Source: Zootoca vivipara (taxonomy: Eukaryota). Taken from it: a stretch of DNA of 64,000 bases. Position 1 is the stretch's first letter, and every line of letters begins with the position of its first letter. Below, one piece after another: positions 1 to 13,359 of this stretch. The DNA is taken from positions 70,928,001 through 70,992,000 of the forward strand of contig NC_083277.1 of the NCBI RefSeq assembly GCF_963506605.1. Reading direction: 5' to 3'. The notes below the pieces were generated by a model. It did no database searches, had not been told where the DNA came from, and saw only the letters and a list, made by a program, of their open reading frames with translations. The position numbers and the translations under genes are program-made.

Positions 1-1330
1 AAAACGAGCTCAAGGGAGGAACACTGGCATCTGATCAGTTCACGGGATGCGAAACCGCGAGAGGTTTTGCGCGGTCCTTGCGGACCAAAGGATACCAGGA
101 GGAGAAACGAAGCCGCGAGGGATTCTTGTGTGGAAGGTTCGCGCCGCGGCCTGGGAAAAGAACGGGCGCGAGGGCCGTCAGATGCGCCGCTGCGCCGGGG
201 ATGGCGAGGGGGCAGCAGCACGAGAGCGTCTGCCTAGAGGAGGAGGAGGAGGAGTGTGACGGAGGAAGGGGAGGAGGACGGCGACCAGAAGGGGTTGGCG
301 CTTCAGCAGGCAGCAGCAGCAGCAGCGAGTAACCTAGCTGAGTGGCTGCCGCCCTCCTCCTCCTCGGCCAAGGCCAGCCCCGGTAGCGCCCATTCGGGGA
401 CGGGAGTCCGCGTGAACCGTCCCCAGCGGGGCCCCCGCCCGGCCTCTCTCTGCACCCGGCACTCCAGGCTAATTCTCTCCTGCCTCACGCAGCACGCTCG
501 CTTCTTGCCCAGCGCCATGGCGGCGGCGGCAGCAGCAGGCGAGCCTAGCAGCGGTGGAGGCCGATATCAGCAGGTGAGAAATGCGCTGGCTGGGCAAGAC
601 GGATCACTACAGCGCCGAGGCTTTTTAGGCCGCGCTCGGTCGCGGGAAGCGAAGCGAAGAAGGAGGTTGTGGGGAAGGGGGGAGGGGAGAGGCTGCTTGT
701 CTATGACCCACATTGAAGACGTGGAAGCCGAGCCCGGAAGGAGCGGAGGAATCGCTCTCTGCCCCCCCCCGTCACGGGCCAAATCTTGCTTTTTTCCCTA
801 TCTACTCCAGAACAGGCCCCCTCCTCCCAGCTGCTGCTGCTGCTTTGGCCCTTTATTTGTGGGGCCGTGTCATCTCTTTTCCGGCCCCCTTGCTTCGGTT
901 CCTCCTCCCCTTGAGCCCTTGCATCTGAAGGCCAGAAGCGGAAGCCGCCCCGAGCCCCCGATAAGAAGACGGCGGAGAGGCCCTTTGGCTCCCGGGCTCC
1001 TCGGGGATACGAGGCCCTAAGTTAAGACTTGCCCCGTCCCTTCGCTTTGCTGGGTGGTGCCGTTTCTTTAGCTCTGAGGACGGTGCTTTTAAGATCAACG
1101 AGTTGCCTTCGCCTTTCCACCCTCGACAGTCGGGTCATTAAAGGCGGAGTAGCGCGGGGGGGGGGGTATAAATGCCCCCCTCGACCTTTCAGTGCGTACT
1201 TGCTTATTATACTGGGATTTCAACCTGCCTAGATTGGCAGTGATGTGGAGCTGTCTTGGTAGTTATCCCGGATTAATTGACATCGAGTACAATGAAAAGA
1301 TACCGAAAGCAATTCGATCCTGGCGTTTGT
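1..1330. promoter_or_regulatory. CpG island / promoter and 5' region of NDFIP1
   Basis: Dense CpG and GC-rich sequence around exon 1, becoming AT-rich and CpG-poor after ~1400. The TSS cannot be determined from sequence. Confidence 0.85.
517..573 (+). CDS. NDFIP1: NDFIP1 coding exon 1 (MAAAAAAGEPSSGGGRYQQ)
   Basis: Kozak gccATGG at 517. RYQQ matches the NDFIP1 N-terminus. Donor CAG|GTGAGA; 57 nt, phase 0. Confidence 0.92.
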
Positions 1331-1492
1331 CATCCCCCCCCCCCCCCGGCAACCCCGAGTTTTCCAACGTAAGCAGTAGCACCATTTTGCGTGCGTTTGT
1401 TGTTTTTAAGTTAAGGGGCGTTATACATTCCTATGATACTTAAATGTTCACAATGTTGAGATGTAAACACAGCCTCCCAGCCCACCTTGTGC

Positions 1493-1627
1493 CAGGGTTT
1501 CCCAAACTTGGGCCTCCAGCTGGTTTTGGACTACAGTTCCCGTCATCTCTGACCACTGGTCTTGCTAGCAAGGGATCATGGGAGTCGTAGTCCAAAAACA
1601 GCTGGAGGCCCAGGTTTGGGAAACCTC
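1493..1627. mobile_element. Palindromic hAT-type MITE
   Basis: Inverted termini CAGGGTTTCCCAAAC...GTTTGGGAAACC; same body as 14924-15059. Confidence 0.75.
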
Positions 1628-2879
1628 AAAACACTCTTGAATTCCAGCATTTGGGATTGACCAGTGGAATCAGTACACAATAGTTCCTATTTTGATTAAA
1701 TTTGCAAAAAAATTGATTAAATTTGCAAAAGCAAAAGTTGAAATTTGCAGAAAAGAATCAGTGGTGGGGTAGCATTCAGTGGATAGTTATACATTTGCAG
1801 CATATTTCCTCTTCATGGGAGAATTTCCAGTGCTTCAGTAAATTTAGTGCTCTGAAAAGGCCCAAACTGTCACTTGGATGCCTTTGTTTATGCTTTACTG
1901 AGTGCAGTGGGTGGGAGCCAAGGAGAAATGATAGTTGTTAGTCTTCATTTGCAACCTAAATATATGGAAGCAGGGTATCTTCCCACTAACAACCACAATG
2001 CAGCTTTTTGTTTTGTTTTAATCGGTTGGTTTTATGCTTTGAGTTGACCCTGTCCCTGTTTCTTTCCTGGACTGAAAATTTCAAGGCAACAAATAATCTA
2101 TTAGTGCCTTTTTGAGGACTTTTTTTTGGGCTGAACAAATAATTACTCTCACAATTTGCTCACTCAGCAGTTTCAGATCCCTATTAAAGGGAGTCTTGCA
2201 AGCAAAGCTAGATTTCTCAGGTTAGAGGGAGGAAATTTAATTTATTTGGAATTAATGCTTGGGAGGCTCTGTGTACATGTAGTTTAGCATACAGTATGCT
2301 AGGCCTGAAAATGACTTTGTCTTCCTTGCAGTGACATAAAATTTAGATGTGTCTGATGAGTGATTGATGATTAGCTCTAGAAGACATGCATTTCTGTGAT
2401 AGCACATGGCCTTTTAACTCTGTTAGTTGTGTGGTATTTTGTTAGAGCACATGATTGTTGGCACTAGATGACATTGTTGGAAAGAGAGATAAGTGCTCCT
2501 CCCTCCTAATATCAGCTCTAGCTGTGTTAGCACCCTGTGCTCAAAACAATGGAATTTTTCAGATTTAATTAATGTGTGCTACTTTTTATTTCATTTCTGC
2601 AAATTCTGTAAACAGGTCCCCACACCCATATATTCAGCCATGCTTCAGCAGGTGAGGATTTGAGTTTGAACTTATAAATTTAATTTGTTAGAATTCTGAG
2701 AACAGTCTACAGATTACGTATTGCCCACCACCAACATAAATGAGGGTCCTACGGTATCATTACACTTCATGAGGGAAACATATTTAAATTTTCAGGGCAG
2801 AATATTTGTTACTGACAATAATAGGTATCAGTGAACCTGAACATTCTGTACTACTTTGTTTCTTAGTTACTTGCATATT

Positions 2880-3040
2880 CTGTTCAAGGAACTTGGGGCA
2901 ATTTACATGGAGTTTTTTCTCACAATAACTCTGTGGTGTAGGTTATGCTGAGAGCTAGTTACTGATCTAAGGTCACCAAGTTGTACAGTATGGGAATTTG
3001 AACCCAGGTCCAGTTCCCAGCAACGTCTACTACATTACAC
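2880..3040 (-). mobile_element. Decayed MIR/CORE-like tRNA-derived SINE
   Basis: Similar to the copies at 19220-19400 and 61215-61364. Confidence 0.55.
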
Positions 3041-4159
3041 TAGATCGTCTACCAAATCATGCAGCACCACATAGTATATATTTCAGATTTTGATTTTGTA
3101 TAGCTATTTCTTCAGCTTCCCTGTTGTACCTCAGATTTGGGCCTCTCAAGTGGAAATAAGATGTTTGACTTATCTGCAGCTTATACATTTCATATTGTAT
3201 GGTTGTTTAAAAAGATCAAAGAGGTTATACATTACATATAGTTTTATTGTTAAAAAGGATCCAACAGGTTATACATTTCATATTCTGTGGCTTTTAACAA
3301 AGCTCTACAATTTGTACAATCAATAACAGTAAAATTGATTGGGCGTTATCTTCTTTCAGTAGTGGTACTTAGCAAAGCTTGAAAAAATAGGACAGACAAT
3401 AGTTGTTTTCTTACCATGCTTACCTATTGAATTTATCACAGTTTTTAAAACAGTTGTAAAATGTACCCTATTAAAATTTCTGGATAAATGAATGTGAATG
3501 TAATAAGGACTTGCTGCTGGTGCATGAAAATCCCAAGTAAATGTGATATAGGGTACAATCCTGTGGTCCCTCACAGGGTGTTCCGGGGGCGGGCAATGGG
3601 ATTTTGGAAATCTCTGTGGGAAGAGTAGAAAGCCTATTCATTGCAACTGGAGAAAACTGCAGATGTCTCTCTCCAGTGGCAGAAAGGGCAAATAGGAGAC
3701 ATGTTGGAGATGGATTAGAGGAGGTTTTGGATCTTTATTTTCTCTCCTGTTGCAAGCAATGGGATGAAAAAAACTTGAATAAAGAAAGCTGCTGACAGTA
3801 GGTGTGGGCGTAAAATGCCATGTGCCCTTCACAGCATCAGCCTGGCAAGGTTTGGGATTTGGCAGTTTATCTAGCCTAGATTGCCCCTCCCCAGACCAGG
3901 TAGCATTATTCTGAAATCTTAAACATATTATAGAGTTAGCAACACTGAATGCAGTTATTTTATAAAAACTTGCAGTGTGATGATGGGAAGTTTCCATTTT
4001 AACCAAGTGTTGCACAGTCAAATTTCCACGGTGTTTAAAAAGATGACACAATCAAGATTACCAACTACCAGAGCCTTGATAAAAGCTTGCATTGAAAAGA
4101 GAGAGAGAAATGAAGGAAAAGGAAGGAGAGGACAAAACACAAATGCGATTTTGGAAATG

Positions 4160-4282
4160 TGTGGCCCTCCAGAGGTTGTTGGGCTCCGACTCCCATCAGC
4201 TCCAGCTAGCATGACCAATAGTCAGGAATGATGGGAACTGTAGTCCAACAACTCCTTGAGAGTCGCAGGTTCTCCCATCCTT
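4160..4282. mobile_element. Decayed palindromic hAT MITE
   Basis: Core ctccagaggttgttggg...gggaactgtagtccaaca shared with the copies at 1493, 12652, 14924 and 43895. Confidence 0.55.
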
Positions 4283-7200
4283 GGAATCAAACATCAATGT
4301 TCACAATTCAGATTTCAGTATCAACCTGTTCTACAGAATTTTGTGATTACAGAATATAGTGTACTACAAGCAGAGTAGAGCAATTAGATCTCATTTGATT
4401 GCAAGATGACCCAAGTCCTGCCAAAATGATGTACTCGCAAAGAAGACACGTGCAAGTGTAAAGAACTAGAATGAGTGCAGGGCTGATGTGAAGCCCACAT
4501 CCTCAGGCTGAGGCAGCATAGAAGGGTGTGCTGAGATATCCTCACAGAGTAGACTGACTCATGAGGTGTCGGAATCTGAGGTGGTCTCAGGCAACACTGG
4601 GATCCTGAACATGGCAGTGGGTTGCCCACTGGAAGCCATCACTCTTCTGCCACTCACTTGCTTTGATGCAATTCCTTATTGCCAGTGACTGGCATAGTAC
4701 ACATTTAAACTTCATAATAGTTTTAGTACATATAAAAGCAAGTGATCTTTACAGATCATTTGGAAGGTAATAATGTGGAATGATATAAAATAGTGTAGAG
4801 GCAACATCTGGGGATGAGGTACCTAGATGTTTCAAAATGGCTGAATTAAAATGTATGTTGAAAAATGAAAGACATCAGCTAGAAAATGACAAAAAGATGT
4901 GGGTAGGACTGGTGAAATGAGGCTTTTACAGCGTGGGTGTGACCCTTATTCCTTTCAGCATTGAACAAATGACAATCTAGTGACTTCTGCTTCTGTTTGA
5001 TGTGTGTGTCTTCCTGTTGTGTCATTTAATCATCCTTAATAGGCAGCATCATGTATACTGCCTCACCTACAGGAGGTAGCTTCCATAAACTGGAGCAAAT
5101 CACCTTGCTCTTCAGCAGGTATGTTTCTAAATGTAGTCATATACAGCTGTGACATAAAGTGAAGAGGCACATTGATGAGGATATATGGTTCAGAAAGTTA
5201 GAGCCAATAAAGGAAGTGGGTGGCAGTAATATGGATTGAGATGCATAGGTTGTATTTTACATGCTTTGTTGTGAAGTGCTAATGGTGTCTTTTTCACATG
5301 CCTAGTAGAGACCTTGGAGAACTCCCCTATGTTGCCATAGCAACAGGATGAGATTTGAAGAGCGGTATCTCTGCAATCTAGAGGCTCTCGTGATTTGTCA
5401 TTCTGAGACCAATAATTAGTTTTTGTACACAAGTTAAGGCAATAGAATTCAGAAATAGAAGCCTATGTTTAATATTCCAGCTTTCTATGATAGTTTTGGT
5501 ATGAAGGATTGCATTGTTCTAGATTTGTACATAAGCAGTTGTAAGGGAATGCCTGTATTGATTCTGCTGTTGCATGTGCATGAGAGGTTTGTTGTGTTAA
5601 AACTCTTAAGGAATAATGGATTAGCTTTTACTAGAAGGAATGAAATAAAAACATAGGTTAGGAAATATTGACCATTCTTCTAATTTATGGTAATTGGAGT
5701 TTAAATGTCAGATGTTTATGTTTTGTTTTGTTTTCCCTTTCTGCATTGCTTTGTGAATGTGAGTATGAAAATTGTAACGGCCTGACCTTTTTTCTTTTCA
5801 AATAAAGAAGCATCCTAATGGCTAGTGAACAAAGTATACATTCTCCATTAAAATAGAATAAACAATCACAGGTTTGTTTACACATTCTAATCTGAGTACC
5901 GTAATTTGAATAAGTGTAAAAAGCACAAATACCTAATGAAAAGGCCACATAATTTTAAAATGTCATAAATAGTATCAGAATTAAGGAGTACCTAGCAAAA
6001 AAATGTACTCAGAAATTTATGCCTTTTCATATTGTACTAGAAGGATTTTGGAGCAGTCCTAAGAACAAGGTGACTGGAAAGTGAAGTTGCAGGTATTCCA
6101 ACACCTCGCAGGCCCTGGTGACCTCGCAGGCCCTGGGACGAGATTGGGTGGGTGTTTTCATTCTGATGGTTTTTATTCTTGTTGTTTTTAATTCCCTGCA
6201 TTGGTTTATTTCATTTTATATTGAGATTTTTTTTTATTGCTTCTTTGTTTACTTGTGGGGGTACTATACCAGGTCCAGATTGGTATAGTTGATGGGCCTG
6301 GATCTTGCAGCCTCTTGGGGAAGCAGAGGGCCTTCAGATTCATTTGATTCCAGATGTCCTCTACTGCTGGAATGCCTTGTTTCAGGGCCTGCTTCTGACA
6401 GAAGTACCCCAAATTTATGCCTGCAGAGCTTCTGTGAATGGAGGTGCCTACCTATGGTGGTGCTCCTCTCCACTGGCCAATAAGGCACATTGAACCAATC
6501 CTAACTCCTTAGATTCAGCAGACATGGGGGTTAGGATTGATCTGTTTTGCCCTATCTCCATGTTTTAAAGGAAGGGTAATTAACTACTGGCCCATGTGCC
6601 TGATCTGACCCATCATAGTGTTTTTGACAGCCTTCCTGCCCTGAATACAATTTTCTGTGGGTGCTCAACAGCAAAGCACCTTTCTCTTTTATGATGTTCT
6701 TTTAACTACCATTGGGAACAGATCAGAGCACTCCAGAAACAGGAAGGCACTCTTTAAGCTGTTCCAATGTTTCCTGGCCCTTTTGTCCACTTGGGAAACA
6801 TCATAGCAAATCGGAGTGCTTCTTCCTTTTTCTGGAGCGCTCTGAGCTGCTCTCAGTGATGGCGAAGAAGAGAGGATGAGCAGGGTTTGAGAAAGAACCC
6901 ATGTAAAGGTAAAGCAGATGGAAAAAAGAAGAGTGTGCAACAAATGAAAAAAGCAGGACTAATGTGAGATAAGAAAAGAAAGGTAAGGAGGAGCATTTAA
7001 AAGTAGCAAGTCAAACTGAATGCTGCCTGGAGCCAATGAATAAAATATTACAATGAGGAAATGTGATCATAGTGACATGGGCATTACATTATACCAGGTG
7101 GTCAGATTTTGATCAGCAGTTAAAGGAGAAAGATGGGAAGGGAAGACCTGATAGTAGAATATATTGCAGTAGTATAGTTCAGAAGTGGGGATTCTAGTCA

Positions 7201-8455
7201 TGCCATTGTTAACTAACAGAAATAACAACAACAAAGAGAGAGCCAGTTTCATTTTGGAATCTCTTGTAATTGGGCACAAATTACAAATACAAATTATGCT
7301 GTTGGAGGAGAGTGCTGTGCTGATATTTTGCCACAGTCACCACTGGCATGTGTTTCTGGAAAGGGTTGCATTGACCCTTGGGCAGAAAAGGTTAGCCATC
7401 TCCATTTTAAAGTAAACCCACTTCACCAGTTGCAAAAACACAAGACAGTCATTGACCTGGTCACCCCAAACTTTGAGCAGGCCTTGTTTTCTACCTTTCT
7501 GTGTTCCTCACCACCCAGTTGCTAATTCTCAAAAAATAAAACTATTGCAAGTGACAACTGCCAGTTTTATGCTACTAGAGCAGCATTTGTTCATGTAAAA
7601 TTGTATGATATGTTCTTCCTACTATGTGAATCTTTACTGTGCTAATAAGCACTTAGTAGGTTTTAGATGGCTGGCATTATTGAAAAAGAGGCTGTGTGCT
7701 TTGTCCATTAAGAGGAGGATCATTTTCATGTTGCTGGCAAGATGTAATGTTGAGTTTTGGAATTTATAGCATGCCTCTTAATAGAACAACTGAATAGGAA
7801 GGAAGGGGCCTGTAAGGAGATCCCATGTAACTTTCTGGACTTTGAAAAATCTATTGCATCTAAGTTATCTAGATTTTGGTGCATTATAAATATCATGGCA
7901 CAATAACAAAATTGCAGCATAGTAAAAAAATAATTCAACACCACTATTATCTTACTCTCATTTTCTCCTTGTGTGTGTGTGCGTCTGCTCGCATATAACT
8001 CTCAGCATTACTAGAATTTGCTTGAATAAAATAGTAAAAAGCAATTTCTTTTACTCTGCATAACAGAATTGTCAGCATGTTTTCTTGGTTGTTAATCTCC
8101 ACCTTTCCTCCTTCATTTTGTCATTCTATCTGATATTATTATATCACCCTTTCAATGGTTTCCCAGGGTTGACACTTAAATCTCAAACTGTCTCTATTCC
8201 TCCCCCCCTTCCCGCTTGCCTCCAGCAGGCCTTTCCTTCTTGCATCTAGAATGCAAAAGCAGCAGTTCTCCCATTTCTCTAGGGGAATTACCTTAACCAT
8301 GTCTGTGGCATTTCTTCTTTCATTGCGTGCACAGCCTCAGATTTCATTCTCACTTCTTTCACAGATTCTTCTGACTGTTTCTTCCTGTTCACAGAAATAT
8401 ATCCAAAGTAATCACTCCTAATTTACCTAATGGCTGTCCATTTTTTGCAAATGTA

Positions 8456-8718
8456 CAGTCATACCTCGGTTTAAGCACGCCTCGGTTTGAGTATTTTCAG
8501 TTTAAGTACTCCGCGGACCCGTTGGGAACAGATTAATCCACTTTCCATTACTTTCAATGGGAAAGTTCACTTCAGGTTAAGTATGCTTCAGTTTAAGTAC
8601 TCCACGGACCGTCTGGAACGGATTAATCCACTTCCCATTACTTTCAATGGGAAAAGTTCGCTTCAGGTTAAGTACAGACTTCCGGAACCAATTGTGTTTG
8701 TAAACGGATGTACCACTG
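8456..8718. mobile_element. Tc1/mariner (Tigger/pogo-like) MITE with an internal ~90-bp tandem duplication
   Basis: TA|CAGTCATACCTCGGTTTA...TAAACGGATGTACCACTG|TA. Confidence 0.8.
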
Positions 8719-9279
8719 TATACAACATGTAGCTACTCCAGTACCATAACTTCTTTCCCTCATAGCTAGGTATCAGAGCCATAAACTAAAGTTAATGATT
8801 GCAACTGGTGGTCTGCAAGTCAAGTCCTGATCTGCCATTTCCCATCTGCAACCACCTTCCCCTCTCACCCCTCCCTTGCTTTTCCTTGCTCTTTTTGGGT
8901 GGTGCAGGAAGTAGAGATGATTTCCAGCTTAGCAGTAGTCTACCGTGTTCTTCTGGGTTAACTGGAAGCTAAAAGGGGGAAGGAAACACCATCCCTAGGC
9001 TTGCAGTTTGAGAGGCATGGCCTTCTGCTTCAGCCTAGTCATTCCACAATTCTTGCTGCAAACAATTGCTTTATGCCAGGAATAGTTGACTCAGACTGCT
9101 CTCTGTTTCTGTGGTGTCACAGGCTTTGGTGTGCACATTGAGAAGGAAGGGAGGCAACCAAACCCATCCCTCCTTCACCACTGTCACCAAGCACATATTA
9201 TTTTTATTTAATTGCACCAGTATACTTCCTTTATAGAGAAGAGTCATATGGCACTGAAGTGTGAGGTGAGAGGAGGATG

Positions 9280-10134
9280 GTGGCGGTTGGAGGATGGATG
9301 GAGGCTAATGGATTGAGGTTGAATCCTGACAAGACAGAAGTACTGTTCTTGGGGGACAGGGGGCGGGCTGGTGTGGAGGACTCCCTGGTCCTGAATGGGG
9401 TAACTGTGCCCCAGAAGGACCAGGTGCGCAGCCTGGGAGTCATTTTGGACTCACAGCTGTCCATGGAGGCGCAGGTCAGTTCTGTATCCAGGGCAGCTGT
9501 TTACCAGCTCCATCTGGTATGCAGGCTGAGACCCTACCTCCCCGCGGACTGTCTGCCAGAGTGGTGCGTGCTCTAGTTATCTCCCGCTTGGACTACTGCA
9601 GTGCGCTCTGCGTGGGGCTACCTTTGAAGGTGATTCGGAAACTACAACTAATCCAGAATGTGGCAGCTAGACTGGTGACTGGGAGCGGCTGCCGAGACCA
9701 TATAACACTGGTCCTGAAAGACCTACATTGGCTCCCAGTACATTTCCGAGGACGATTCAAAGTGTTGGTGCAGACCTTTAAAGCCCTAAATGGCCTCGCC
9801 CCAGTATACCTGAAAGAGTGTCTCCACCCCCATCGTTCTGCCCAGACACTGAGGTCCAGTGCCGAGGGCCTTCTGGCGGTTCCCTCACTGCGAGAAGCAA
9901 AGCTACAGGGAACCAGGCAGAGGGCCTTCTCGGTAGTGGCGCCCGCCCTGTGGAACGCCCTCCCATCAGATGTCAAAGAGAAAAACAACTACCTGACATT
10001 TAGAAAACATCTGAAGGCAGCCCTGTTTAGGGAAGTTTTTAATGTGTGACATTTTAATGTATTTTAATCTTTGTTGGAAGCCACCCAGAGTGGCTGAGGA
10101 AACCCAGCCAGATGGCCAGGGTTCAAATAATAAA

Positions 10135-10175
<41 letters not shown>
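9280..10175 (+). mobile_element. 5'-truncated L2-clade LINE (3' end of ORF2, frameshifted) with (ATT)n tail
   Basis: WMEANGLRLNPDKTEVL...RSLGVILDSQLS..., then SRLDYC...LHWLP...RAFSVVAPALWNALP in a second frame; shift near 9555. Confidence 0.9.
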
Positions 10176-10176
<1 letters not shown>

Positions 10177-10890
10177 TCCAAAAATTATTTCTTTTACTTC
10201 AGTGTTTTTGTAAAGCATCAGACAAATAATTTTCTGGAAGACTGTTTTAGAGAAAAGAAAACTGGTTTTGCATTTTGCTTAGTTATCTATAAGAGCAAAT
10301 AAAAAGAAACATGTAAACACATCCAACTATTCTAGAGACTGTTTTTCTAACCAAGCCAATACTTAACAATTTATACTCTTTAGTTCAGTTTCTAGGTCCC
10401 TTTTTAACCTTCTCCTGGCGTCCTTTAAAGCGATCCAGGTCTCTTACTATTCTCTAGGTTTACTTATACAGTATACATCATTTCCTGTCCCCTCCTAACC
10501 TTTTAACCAAATCACAAGGAGAATTGAACCAATATTTATCCCCAAATCCATAGAGCCAATATTTATTTATTTATTTAAACAAATCTGTGGATGACCTTTT
10601 ACTCCAGCTATCTGAGTTCGGCAGTGTTGTACGGTAGAATATCTGTGACCCTTACCAACCAAACAGCATGGGCATTTGCTTTCTATCTCATTGTTGAGAA
10701 ACATTGTTTTGCCATTCCTTTTTTAAAATTCTGGATACCTACAACTCCATTCTATGCATGTTATTAAGTCCCAGTTTATTCAGTGGAACTTAACTTTCAA
10801 ATAAAGTTAACTTAGACTTCAAGTATATGATCTTGCTCAGTATCCTTGTGAATGTACAAATAGAACTAACCAGACTCCTTTTTCTAAGTA

Positions 10891-11110
10891 CAGTCATACC
10901 TTGGGTTACACACAGCCACTTCAGGTTGCGTCTTTCCGGGTTGCGCTCTGCGCTGAACCTGGAAGTACCGGAACAGGTTACTTCCAGGTTTCAGCGTGCA
11001 CGCATGCGCAGAAGCGCCGAATCACAACCCGCGCAGGCGCAGGTTGCGAACACTGTGGGTTGCAAACGTGCCTCCCGCACGGATCATGTTCGCAACCTGA
11101 GCGTCCACTG
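10891..11110. mobile_element. Tc1/mariner (Tigger-like) MITE
   Basis: TA|CAGTCATACCTTGGGTT...AACCTGAGCGTCCACTG|TA. Confidence 0.75.
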
Positions 11111-11343
11111 TAGTCACAATTCTGTTGCACAAAGATGCATGATCTGTTTGGTCAAATGTTCTGGATTATGCTCCCACGTTATATAAAGACTCTATTGAGT
11201 TGCAAATCAGTACATTTAATTGCTGCAGTAGACAGAAAGTATGCATTATTGTTTAGGAAAAGTATAATTTTAAAATTGGAAACTTGACTCGGTTATTTAA
11301 ATTTTTTGGGAGGGGAACTGGGGAGTTAAATCATGATTTAAAT

Positions 11344-11593
11344 CAGGGGTAGGCAACCTAAGGCCCATGGGTTGCATGCGGCCTAATCGCCTTCTCAGTC
11401 CGGCCCACGGATGGTCCGGGAATCAGCGTGTTTTTACATGAGTAGAATATGTCATTTTATTTAAAATGCATCTCTGGGTTATTTGTGGGGCATAGGAATT
11501 CGTTCATTTCTTTCCCCAAAATATAGTCTGGCCCAGCACATGGTCTGAGGGACAGTGGACCGGTCCATGGCTGAAAAAGGTTGCTGACCCCTA
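11344..11593. mobile_element. Non-autonomous hAT (Buster/Charlie-type)
   Basis: TIRs CAGGGGTAGGCAACCT / AGGTTGCTGACCCCTA; exact TSD ATTTAAAT (11336-11343, 11594-11601). Confidence 0.88.
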
Positions 11594-11818
11594 ATTTAAA
11601 TCATTGATTAAATGTTCTTAATTTATGAAACATCTATACACCATTTAAAGCATTTTAAAGTATGTTTATTAATAGGAAGACTTCTCCGTTGGCATCTAAT
11701 TTCTGCAGCCACAGTTGAAATTAATCTGACTTCTTTTAATCTAGGCCTTTAAGATAAAAAAATGTGCACTCTTCATCTTGTCTTTGCCATGTTAAAACCA
11801 TAAATGTCTCTTGTTTAG

Positions 11819-11906
11819 TTGCAGAATGAGGAGGAGCCTTGTGAGAACCTGCAAATTGTAAATGATTTCCCACCACCTTACAGCAGCATTTCTGGGGAGA
11901 ACGCAG
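11819..11906 (+). CDS. NDFIP1: NDFIP1 coding exon 2 (LQNEEEPCENLQIVNDFPPPYSSISGENA; PY motif 1)
   Basis: Acceptor ttgtttag, donor G|GTATTT; 88 nt; PPPY motif. Confidence 0.96.
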
Positions 11907-12651
11907 GTATTTATTTATTTTTTAAATGCTCACTGATTTTCGTTAGTCAAGTATCATTGCTAATGGTTTGAAGTTATGTGCAGGCAGCATAAATTCATGG
12001 GGAAATATGTGATTTCATAAACTACCTTTCTTGGCTCATCTTACATTCCTGAGTGCTATGTCTTAGCATAGAGAGGAAGGCAGCATTTCATTCTGTTGCC
12101 AATTTATATTATACTCCATTTGTGGCTGTAAAACTTGATGCTAATGGTGTGTGTATCAGGAAAATGAGAGGGAGAGGGAGAGTTTTTTTTGCAGCTGGGT
12201 GACTGGTCTGTTCTACGTAGTGTTGTGGACCCAAAAATTCTGTTGCCACCTCTGAACATACTTTGAAACCATGGATAATTATTCCTTGCTGCTTGCAGAG
12301 TGCATCTTTCTCCAAGTCTTCATTATATCTGTGAGGAATCTGCAGACATGCTTCGGTTGTGCTCAGCTGTTATGACAGGCTATGATCATCCTGCAAAGTT
12401 CCAAGCCATCTGGGTTTCAAATTGGCACCTGGGAATATATTTCCATGCAGTGTAGAATTAATAAGATGAGTCAAAACACCATAATCTACTTCTAAGTGAC
12501 ACTCATTATATGATTATGTTCATCATTTACATCAGCCTAGCCTTGGCAACCTTGCATTTTGGAAAGCAAATTAACATTGATTTGTCTGACGTGGTTGTGC
12601 ACAAGGAATCCTGCTTTATCCATTTCTGTACCTGAATAAAAGACCATAGAG

Positions 12652-12785
12652 CAGGGGTGGCTGATCAGTGACTCTCCAGGTGCTGTTGGACTACAACTCC
12701 CATCTGCCCCAGCCAACCTAGTGAGGGGTCAGGAATGATGGCAGCTGTAATCCAGTGGCATCTGAAAGGTCACAAATTAGCCACA
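12652..12785. mobile_element. Decayed palindromic hAT MITE
   Basis: Starts CAGGGGTGGC; contains the ggactacaactcccatc core. Confidence 0.55.
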
Positions 12786-12951
12786 TTATGTGCCATAAAG
12801 CTGGGTTGCTGCCATATACACAATACTTTCACTATAATCATTTCACCTATCCTTATTTTTTTATTATCAGGAAGAAATATTAGGCTGTAATTTTTAGTAT
12901 GTAGGTATTCTGATAATTAACCTATCTCTCTCCCATCTATTTTCCCCGCAG

Positions 12952-13082
12952 TGTATTTTGATTATAAAGATGAGGCTGGGTTTCCTAATCCCCCGTCTTA
13001 CAATGTAGCCACAACCCTGCCTACTTATGATGAAGCAGAGAGAACCAAGGCGGAAGCTACCATACCTTTAGTTCCTGGGAGG
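12952..13082 (+). CDS. NDFIP1: NDFIP1 coding exon 3 (VYFDYKDEAGFPNPPSYNVATTLPTYDEAERTKAEATIPLVPGR; PY motifs 2 and 3)
   Basis: Acceptor ttccccgcag, donor AGG|GTAAGT; 131 nt; PPSY and LPTY motifs. Confidence 0.97.
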
Positions 13083-13271
13083 GTAAGTGTGATATGATTT
13101 TGTGTCATGTGCCTTTAGTTATGGTATCTCAACCATGCGATTTTCAAGGAAGAGTAAGCATTGACGGTAGCTGCACTTTAGCTTTCTTTTGGGGGAAAGT
13201 ATTGTAAGCCTAATGCTGGTAAATTAGTTTGTCTGACATTTGCTAGCCACCTTGAATAATTTCTGTCTTAG

Positions 13272-13359
13272 GAGGAGGACTTTGTGGCACGGGATGACTT
13301 TGATGATACTGACCAGCTGAGGATAGGAAATGACGGCATTTTCATGCTGACTTTCTTCA
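13272..13359 (+). CDS. NDFIP1: NDFIP1 coding exon 4 (EEDFVARDDFDDTDQLRIGNDGIFMLTFF)
   Basis: Acceptor tgtcttag, donor A|GTAAGT; 88 nt. Confidence 0.97.

Noticed and set aside
256-1020. 254-aa ORF
   Set aside because: Only 517-573 is NDFIP1 exon 1; the rest is GC-rich 5' sequence and read-through into intron 1.
1691-1750. Short local duplications (also ~6102-6136, ~15290-15322, ~29428-29473, ~59860-59900)
   Set aside because: Ordinary slippage duplications with no further structure.
9277-10049. Two RT-like ORFs as a functional gene
   Set aside because: Frameshifted, 5'-truncated L2 remnant with homologous fragments elsewhere in the window.
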